Shown piece by piece: positions 57,313 to 64,000 of a stretch of 64,000 nucleotides of DNA. How positions within the stretch are numbered: the stretch's first letter is position 1; each line of letters starts with the position of its first letter. Both the position numbers and the translations under genes were made by a program. The notes under the pieces are model-generated. The model saw only the letters and a program-made list of their open reading frames with translations. It was not told the origin of the DNA and searched no databases. The DNA comes from a virus: positions 10,006-74,005 of the IMG/VR virus record IMGVR_UViG_3300044712_001084. One strand, given 5' to 3'.

Positions 57313-58111
57313 TATTCCTCCACAACTCATAATAAGGTGTAAGCCAATATTCCAGGCAACTAGCTAAGTCACCGCAACCGTGTAAACCATGCATAATTTC
57401 CAACGTATCGTTGCCTGGAGGATAGTGACCATTGACATGCGACTTATACTTGCACGCAATCGTTTCAAGCTCTTGTATATTTACCTTGCGGTCAGCGTAT
57501 GGCGGAGCCACATAATTATCAAAATCGCTCTGTAACACGGCAAACGTCTCGTGAAGTTCATCTCTCGTTATCGGATGGTGCTGATCACCAAAACGAATAA
57601 GGGCTGCGCCCTTTACTGGGTCACGATATACGCCAATCTCTGCGTTGGAAAAGTCCACAGAACGTTGCAGAACACGCTCTGTCATATCCGCTATTTTCCA
57701 CGCTATCCATGGCCCAAATCCTCGGAATGACTGAGCGGCAGCCGATATCGACTGGAAATCATTGCCATTCGTCATAGCGTCCACCACTTTTTCAGGACTA
57801 CCATAGTTATGCAGGCCTGAAACGGTATCAATAAAGGCTTGGCCACGCATATGTCTGCGCTCGTGACCTCTGGGTGCGTGGGCCATATCCTCAGCATATA
57901 GAGCCTTATAAAAGCTATTCCCAGAACGCTCTGCGCAACGACACGCCACGCCAGCGCTGTAAAATATCCAGTAAGCCAGCATAAAGCGCTTCATAGTGGA
58001 CTCAGGCCAATCAGAGTTGGCTAGAATTACGTATAATGGATCCAAATCATAGGTATCCAATAATTGCGCACCAAAAGATTGATAATCCACCACCTCATAG
58101 GAATAGCCCAT
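57305..58111 (-). CDS. amino acid:DNA transferase (aGPT-PPase clade-2-like)
   Basis: DLDPLY, YWIFY, RGHERRHMRG, GFGPWIAWKIADM, QELETIACKYKSH. Confidence 0.85.
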   Translation of the reverse strand: MGYSYEVVDYQSFGAQLLDTYDLDPLYVILANSDWPESTMKRFMLAYWIFYSAGVACRCAERSGNSFYKALYAEDMAHAPRGHERRHMRGQAFIDTVSGLHNYGSPEKVVDAMTNGNDFQSISAAAQSFRGFGPWIAWKIADMTERVLQRSVDFSNAEIGVYRDPVKGAALIRFGDQHHPITRDELHETFAVLQSDFDNYVAPPYADRKVNIQELETIACKYKSHVNGHYPPGNDTLEIMHGLHGCGDLASCLEYWLTPYYELWRNND

Positions 58112-58121
58112 AAATACCTCA

Positions 58122-58140
58122 CTTATATTACTAAACTTGT
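58122..58140 (-). promoter_or_regulatory. conserved phage promoter-like motif, copy 9
   Basis: ACAAGTTTAGTAATATAAG between the capsid terminator and the AADT SD. Confidence 0.7.
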
Positions 58141-58148
58141 GTATAAAC

Positions 58149-58180
58149 GACTAACAGCGCCATAATTAGCGCTGTTAGTC
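58149..58180 (-). terminator. terminator after the major capsid gene
   Basis: 12-bp stem GACTAACAGCGC / GCGCTGTTAGTC. Confidence 0.7.
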
Positions 58181-58219
58181 CTTCGGGAGAAGAGGTGCAA
58201 AACCGAACTGGCTGGAGGA

Positions 58220-59659
58220 TTACACGTCAGGCGCTGCGAGGTGCAGCGGTGCCCCACCGGGCATATACTCCGGCTGGAACGGATCACCAGTGAGAGGTTG
58301 GCGCATGCGGGTCACGCACACGTCCTGGATGCGGGCCTGGGCCCATGGCGCAGAAAGGTAAATTTCAGGGCTGGTGCCCATCTGGAACTTGACGCACCAG
58401 TTACCCTCTTTACCTTTCATGGCGAAGCGGCCACCCTGTTCAACGCGAACAGAGAAGCCGGGCATGGCCTTCTGGATGCGGCTCTGGTACAGACTCAAAT
58501 CGAGGTACTCACCATAGAGCACGTCCATAGAGCCAATGCGCCGGGTCAGCAGATAGATATCCGTGCACCAGGTCGTAGCGGCATTCTTGGAAATGTCCAT
58601 GGCGTCATCCACGATGATGGGCAATCTGCGGCCAGACTTCAGCTGGATGTAGCCAACAGCCGTGGTGCCATCGTACAGAGGGCCAGCGTTGAGGCTGCGC
58701 CGTGATTCACGCGCCTGGGCACGCAGAGCCTGGTCTGAAATGTTGGTGGCATCCGTCACACCGCAAATGGTGTAGCAGGAATAGGCATCCAGAAGCTTGG
58801 TGGCCATGAACCGACTGGTGAGCAGAATCATATCCGCTTCGGCAATCGGGCCAATAGCGCTGGCACGCCACTCAATCTCAGTAACCAGTTCATCCAGATA
58901 ATCGAAGATGTTGCCGAGGTTATTCACCTCACCATCCAGATTATCGTGGGCCCAGTCGATGATCGAAGCGCCAATCTGCGGGCACGCTTCGCCATTATCA
59001 TTGAGATAGGTGGTGCGCACCAGACTTTCCAGGCCATCCATTTCATTGGCGTTGTTGTGGCTGCCGTGGATCTGACCACGCTGAATGTCCTGCTTCATGA
59101 CGTTCATGATGCCGTTCATCTGCCACTCAACGTCATCCATAATCTGAACACCGTTCAGCCGATAGCGCGGAGCCGTCTCGCAGCGCTCTTGCACGGTGGT
59201 GTGCGGGTCAAGCCCTTCACCAGCGCGATGATACCACGAGGTGTGGGTCAGTTCATAACCGCAAACAGCATATTCCCAGCCGTTGGGGTCAGCGCACGGA
59301 GCGCCAGCGCCAGAGGTAGGGCTGCCACCCACGGTGCCCTGCGGGCCATACCAGGGGATGAAATCAACGCGTCTGCGATAGAACTTGTTGGGCCGCCAGC
59401 CCAGCCAGTTCATCAGGCCAACCGTCTGGACCTGCAAACCGAAGATGTCTCCGGGTGAGCAAGGGTCAAAGATGGAATTGCGGCCATAAATCGAGGAAGT
59501 GCCCAGGGTGATGGAGGCTTCTTTGAAAGCCACTGCCTGGCCACGCGCTGAGCCCTGCTGGGCCTGAACAATCGCATTACCAATATAATTACCCAGGGTG
59601 GCCAGTTCCTTATTCCGGACGCCGCCAACCGTGCGGGTTCTACCATTCTTTACTTTCAC
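58220..59659 (-). CDS. major capsid protein
   Basis: follows protease-scaffold; strong codon bias; own terminator; IHGS....EMDGL HK97-fold-like segment. Confidence 0.8.
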   Translation of the reverse strand: MKVKNGRTRTVGGVRNKELATLGNYIGNAIVQAQQGSARGQAVAFKEASITLGTSSIYGRNSIFDPCSPGDIFGLQVQTVGLMNWLGWRPNKFYRRRVDFIPWYGPQGTVGGSPTSGAGAPCADPNGWEYAVCGYELTHTSWYHRAGEGLDPHTTVQERCETAPRYRLNGVQIMDDVEWQMNGIMNVMKQDIQRGQIHGSHNNANEMDGLESLVRTTYLNDNGEACPQIGASIIDWAHDNLDGEVNNLGNIFDYLDELVTEIEWRASAIGPIAEADMILLTSRFMATKLLDAYSCYTICGVTDATNISDQALRAQARESRRSLNAGPLYDGTTAVGYIQLKSGRRLPIIVDDAMDISKNAATTWCTDIYLLTRRIGSMDVLYGEYLDLSLYQSRIQKAMPGFSVRVEQGGRFAMKGKEGNWCVKFQMGTSPEIYLSAPWAQARIQDVCVTRMRQPLTGDPFQPEYMPGGAPLHLAAPDV

Positions 59660-60876
59660 TTCCCACCTCCAAGGATAAATTCGGTCATCGAACTGGCGGC
59701 ATTGCCTTCGATGTCGAGGATAGCTTCTTCTTTCTCTTCGGCCATATCCTCGTCATCTTCCTCATCATCCATGTCATCCGTGAACGGCTTGGCAGCCTTC
59801 TTGGACCCAGGCTTGCACGCGGCATCCTGCTTGAAGCGCATGATGCGCAGCTTGCCGTTGCGCGGAGCGGCTTCCACGACTTCTTTCAGCCGCTGGCGCT
59901 CGTCAGTTTCCAGAGCCTCTTTCAGCGCAGTGACCATATCGGTCAGCGCGTCCAGTTTCTCGGTCAGCGCATCGATGCCGGGCACTTCCTTGAGATTGAC
60001 CCCATCCTCGGCAGACAGATCAATTTCAACCTGGCTCAAGACCTCTTTCAAGGCTTCCGGCAGCAACGCGGTGAGCCGCTGATCAACGATATCGCTGAAT
60101 TGCTTCAGCACGTCCGTGTCCAGCGTGAACGTCTGGGTGTCTTCCTCGCCACTATCCTCGCCAAACTCTTTCAGCAGGACAGCGTCAGGGATGCCATCAA
60201 ACTCTTTCAGCTGGGCGTCCGATAGCTGGGCCAGCCGGGCATCAATCATAGCCTCCGGCACACCAGCCTCTTTCAAACGCTTGCGCAGTTCTTCCTTGGT
60301 CATAATTTTGACATCCTCCAATAAAGGTTTTGAAGCTGAGACACCCGTGAACGGAACGCATGGGATATCGGTGACCGTGACATCGAATGTCCTCGTTTTG
60401 CGAAAGTGCAGTTCCTTTAGCACTCCCTTGTATGAGATATGTACTTGCTTACAAACCGGGCAACGGAAGCCAACCTGCATGTGTTCCTTGGAGACCACCA
60501 AGCCAGAGCCGCACGATGGACAATCACCTTTAGCCTCTATAACGTAAAAGCCGCGGCTGACGCGCCACTTGCCATCGTTCTTGGCCAACCAATTCTCGCA
60601 TACCCAGTTTGAAAATGGATCATCATACGAGTGGCCTGTATCCACTGCGAATATGCCAACACGCTCCATCTTCTCAACTTTTCCAATACCTAGTTTACCG
60701 CTATGAAATACACGGAATTCTGGGTACTCGCCAGTTACGCGTGCCATCTCAGCGTCATAGTCCATAGCTTCCGTGTCAAACGTCTCGTTGCTACGATCTT
60801 TGATGGCAGCGGTGGAGACGGCTCTGATTAGCCAGCGACCATCGGCTTCTTTATGAACAGTGACTCTGGGCTTCAT
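59656..60876 (-). CDS. prohead protease-scaffold fusion with Zn-ribbon insert
   Basis: DRSNE, VFH, VSRGF, FDVTVTDIP (HK97-type protease); CPSC/CPVC insert; acidic coiled-coil C-terminus. Confidence 0.75.
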   Translation of the reverse strand: MKPRVTVHKEADGRWLIRAVSTAAIKDRSNETFDTEAMDYDAEMARVTGEYPEFRVFHSGKLGIGKVEKMERVGIFAVDTGHSYDDPFSNWVCENWLAKNDGKWRVSRGFYVIEAKGDCPSCGSGLVVSKEHMQVGFRCPVCKQVHISYKGVLKELHFRKTRTFDVTVTDIPCVPFTGVSASKPLLEDVKIMTKEELRKRLKEAGVPEAMIDARLAQLSDAQLKEFDGIPDAVLLKEFGEDSGEEDTQTFTLDTDVLKQFSDIVDQRLTALLPEALKEVLSQVEIDLSAEDGVNLKEVPGIDALTEKLDALTDMVTALKEALETDERQRLKEVVEAAPRNGKLRIMRFKQDAACKPGSKKAAKPFTDDMDDEEDDEDMAEEKEEAILDIEGNAASSMTEFILGGGK

Positions 60877-60898
60877 GATAATCCTCTCTAGATATGTA

Positions 60899-62095
60899 CT
60901 ACACCATACCGATAAACTGCGGCACATCCATATCCAGCGGCAGCTTGCGGAATTCCTCGTGACCTTGGCGGTCAGGACAATCTTCGCAATGCTCTGCGTG
61001 GGTCATATGCCATACAGCCTTTATCATCTTGAACTTGTCGTTGCGGCCAACCTCGGATAATTCCCAACGACACTTACAATTTACCAAGCACTCAGTGCTA
61101 CCGTCACCTGGTATCCAAGGCAAGGGTGGTATAGAGCCTTTCTTGCGCCGCGTACCGCCAGCGAACGGTCCTGCCTGCAGTAAGGCAGCCGTATAACGAG
61201 AGGCATTGCCATACATTCTAGCTCTGGCTTGTAGAGCCTCTAGCGACACGTCCTCACGATTAGTGGCTATATACTCGGCAAATCCGTGTAGATAACGATA
61301 CTGCGATTTGACCTCTGCGCCAATGCGTCCCCAATCGCTTTTTGATAGGTCTGCCCAAGAGCCTTTACCGATAGCGCCAGTTGCCGTGTGAAGGCTCTTT
61401 ATCATGCCCTTCATACCCTCTTCCCACTCACCCAAGGATATATCACCATTGTACAGCCGTTCTGTCAAGGCATCCGAGTCACCCTGGAATAGCGCAACCC
61501 GCTCAATCACTAGCGCTGACTTAGAATTGTCATCCATGAGTGGTACTTCTTTCTCCACCACGTCACCGGATAAAGGATAGTGACTAATTTCATCACCCCA
61601 AAATAGCGCTAACTCATTGAAGGTCTTGGGATACGTGACAGAACTGCTAGGTAACTCGATAGATAAATCATCGGTATAACCTAATGTCATATGCGGAGTG
61701 AAACCATGATTCTGAGTCAATTCCATAGCTAGCTCTGCACGTAAGGTCATTAGCAACGCTTGTCTGAAGGCTGGCAACGCTGCGCTGTCAAATAACGCCA
61801 CCACTGGAGAGGAATTATCATTATCAGACGTGGCTGCGAATAGTGCGAAGCCATTGAACTCACCGGATATACCAGCGTGCCTAGCGCCAAACGAGGTCAA
61901 TGCTTGTGACACGGCATCTTTATCTAATTGAGTGACGTCACCTAGATAAACCAAGGTAATGTGAGGATTAGCTGCCAACGCTTTACTAGCCACGTTAGCG
62001 CCCAACTCAGAACCATTCAAATCGAATGCCACAATAGCACTCGATTTGTAGGACTCTTTGACAATCGGGCTGCGCTGGACAAATCGCAGTTTCAT
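60899..62095 (-). CDS. 2H phosphoesterase fused to a MuF-like head morphogenesis domain
   Basis: HITLVY and HMTLGY (two HxT motifs); PGDGSTECLVNCKC and HCEDC. Confidence 0.75.
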   Translation of the reverse strand: MKLRFVQRSPIVKESYKSSAIVAFDLNGSELGANVASKALAANPHITLVYLGDVTQLDKDAVSQALTSFGARHAGISGEFNGFALFAATSDNDNSSPVVALFDSAALPAFRQALLMTLRAELAMELTQNHGFTPHMTLGYTDDLSIELPSSSVTYPKTFNELALFWGDEISHYPLSGDVVEKEVPLMDDNSKSALVIERVALFQGDSDALTERLYNGDISLGEWEEGMKGMIKSLHTATGAIGKGSWADLSKSDWGRIGAEVKSQYRYLHGFAEYIATNREDVSLEALQARARMYGNASRYTAALLQAGPFAGGTRRKKGSIPPLPWIPGDGSTECLVNCKCRWELSEVGRNDKFKMIKAVWHMTHAEHCEDCPDRQGHEEFRKLPLDMDVPQFIGMV

Positions 62096-62102
62096 TTAGC
62101 CT

Positions 62103-62744
62103 CTAGTCGTAGATAGAATAATCTCTGCCAGCTTGACGACCACCTGTGCGCCGCGTGCGCTTGGGTTTTGCGTATAACTTATCTTTATACAAATCAATCG
62201 ACTCTGCGGCATAGCGGGCAGCCGTCTCATAGCCATCCCAAGTAAATTCTCTGGGTGACCACAATACCTTATCAGAGCCTTTAGTAGCGGCAAATGATAC
62301 AGCCCACGCATTCTCAGAAAACACCAACGTAGCTTTGACGTCATTACGCGTCAACTCGTAAGCTGGCAGTTTGCCTTTAGTGGTATTGACCCAGTCACCG
62401 CCCAAATCCAGCTTACCCAAATCTGGCGCTGGTTTCAAGTCATCGAGGTACACGCGTTCATTTCCTTCGTCAATAACCATACGGCCACGATTATCGGCAT
62501 AAGGATGAACCAATGCGTAATACTTTTCAGCCTCTCGATCATAGAGCACTGAGCTAACTTCAACCTTGGTACCAGCTGCTATGGAACCCTTACGAGAACC
62601 CATAACAAACGTATCACCCTTCTTGACCTCTGGCTTCACAGAGCCACTGTCACTCGGTGCTGACCCACCAACCTCTCCGGGACGACCTTCGTGACCAAAA
62701 TTACCAGAACCTTCTCCACCTTTGAACCGCAAAGTAAGTTTCAT
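62103..62744 (-). CDS. motif-tagged hypothetical protein in the head module
   Basis: N-terminal LRFKGGEGSGNFGHEGRPGEVGGS; between portal and MuF. Confidence 0.75.
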   Translation of the reverse strand: MKLTLRFKGGEGSGNFGHEGRPGEVGGSAPSDSGSVKPEVKKGDTFVMGSRKGSIAAGTKVEVSSVLYDREAEKYYALVHPYADNRGRMVIDEGNERVYLDDLKPAPDLGKLDLGGDWVNTTKGKLPAYELTRNDVKATLVFSENAWAVSFAATKGSDKVLWSPREFTWDGYETAARYAAESIDLYKDKLYAKPKRTRRTGGRQAGRDYSIYD

Positions 62745-64000
62745 GACAATCCCTCGATTATAGCCGCTTCTTCTTCAACTGATGGAACGTAAGCGCTTAG
62801 CACTGGATGCTTGCGCCAGCGCTCTAATTCCTCTTGAACAACCTTGCGCGTTGGGCGTGAACCTCTGGATGCCTCCGCTTCTGGTATCGGCTCACCGCGT
62901 ATCTTACTGGTCGTGCCCAAAATCTCCGCTTCCTTGGCACGCAAGTAAGATAGCGCACCTTGGATAGTGGTAAAATCGATGGACTCAGCTGGAATAGGAA
63001 GTGCCTTCTGCTCTGTATACACGCCATCAACCACTTCCACGTCCAGTACGTCAATCTCTCGTGGACGGCTGTTGAGAATGATAGCTGGCAGTCTGCGCTC
63101 TTTCAGCACACCTTTCTCCCAGAAAATACACGTGGTGTCGTCTGGGTCACCATCCGTGTGGAATGGCTCAGCCGATTTATAACCCTGGCCCAGGTTATGG
63201 ACATCAGTGTCTTCTATCATAATACGCTCGTCATTTACCATCCAATCGGGAATGACGCCACGATCTGCCAAGAGCCGTAAAAATTGCACTTTGGTAATCA
63301 CCTGCTCCGCAGACTTTTGCTGGCCACCTGACATAGACTCCATATTGCCGCCAGTTTTGACACCCTGTATCATGGGCGTAGGCAGCGTAGGAGCACCGTT
63401 GGGCTTGTCTGGTCTTGGATTGCCTCTAGCTTTACCAACAACCTCTCCAGCGTCAGGTACCGCGCCACCTTGCTGGCCAGCTGGCTGTAGATTGTACAGA
63501 GGCAAGTAAGCATCCACCCAAGCCTTGGCTACGGCAGCCGCATTGGCATCTTCCTCGATATCCTGCGTGTCATAAGCGAACTCGCAACCAGTCAACTCGC
63601 CATTATACATACGCTCTGATATCGATAGGAATTCACCTGGACCTTTGCCCTTGGCTTTGAGATGTTGCACTTCGCTCTCACCAGCCGTACCCAATCCTCC
63701 GGACGTGAGGGACCAAAATTCTCGCACGTCCACACCAAAAGCCAGCGCTAGCGTCTGAACGTATTGCTCCACCACGACCTTGCGGTCAAACTGCTCCGGG
63801 ATTTGCGAGAACCCTTGAAAATCCACGCGCACCTGCGTATTGGCGTTGGATCCAATTAGCCATAACACTTGCGGAAAAGTCAGCGACTTATCTTGCTCAC
63901 GCTTGGCTTGCCATAACCGCAAGGCATCCTGGACTTCATCCATTGTCAATCCAGAGATAGCCGCCACACCCTCTGGAGGCAAATTGTCCAACTTTTCCTG
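62741..64000 (-). CDS. portal protein (5'-truncated by the window edge)
   Basis: ALAFGVDVREF...GTAGESEVQH portal-like segment; upstream of MuF, protease and capsid. Confidence 0.7.
   Translation of the reverse strand, partial: QEKLDNLPPEGVAAISGLTMDEVQDALRLWQAKREQDKSLTFPQVLWLIGSNANTQVRVDFQGFSQIPEQFDRKVVVEQYVQTLALAFGVDVREFWSLTSGGLGTAGESEVQHLKAKGKGPGEFLSISERMYNGELTGCEFAYDTQDIEEDANAAAVAKAWVDAYLPLYNLQPAGQQGGAVPDAGEVVGKARGNPRPDKPNGAPTLPTPMIQGVKTGGNMESMSGGQQKSAEQVITKVQFLRLLADRGVIPDWMVNDERIMIEDTDVHNLGQGYKSAEPFHTDGDPDDTTCIFWEKGVLKERRLPAIILNSRPREIDVLDVEVVDGVYTEQKALPIPAESIDFTTIQGALSYLRAKEAEILGTTSKIRGEPIPEAEASRGSRPTRKVVQEELERWRKHPVLSAYVPSVEEEAAIIEGLS

Noticed and set aside
1-64000. Prophage/lysogeny module or alternative genetic code
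   Set aside because: No integrase, repressor or host genes seen; the standard code gives dense, intact, coupled ORFs.

Overview
This window is part of a tailed dsDNA phage genome, probably siphovirus-like, with no lysogeny genes seen. Essentially every real gene is on the minus strand. In transcription order (right to left) it holds: (1) portal (truncated by the window edge), a motif-tagged small protein, a 2H-phosphoesterase/MuF fusion, prohead protease-scaffold and major capsid protein; (2) an inserted thymidine-hypermodification-like cluster (amino acid:DNA transferase, radical SAM, PLP enzyme, two P-loop kinases) plus two glycosyltransferases; (3) neck and tail genes with a tape measure; (4) SF2 helicase, DnaB helicase and primase; (5) an early region with MoxR AAA+/VWA, dCTP deaminase, two tRNAs, a UvrD-like helicase and a sigma-like factor; (6) a second aGPT-PPase homologue, UDG-PolA fusion polymerase, SSB, SbcD, RecA, 5'-3' exonuclease, RuvC and a second sigma-like factor; (7) holin-like genes, a candidate TerS, a GH25 endolysin and accessory proteins; (8) TerL and small terminal genes. 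The most striking signal is a ~25-aa cassette (I/L-R-L/F-K-G-G-x-G-S-G-N-F-G-H-x-G-R-P-G-x-V-G-G-S) present six times in four ORFs. The five intact copies precede unrelated domains (metallopeptidase, ADP-ribosyltransferase, GNAT, two unknown), suggesting a modular capsid-packaged effector system. Also notable: a ~256-codon G/C-skew-switching, G-quadruplex-prone insertion inside TerL; a 9-copy phage promoter motif fitting a two-sigma cascade; and Trp at the Pol I 762 position. All product calls come from motif recognition by eye; no database searches were run.
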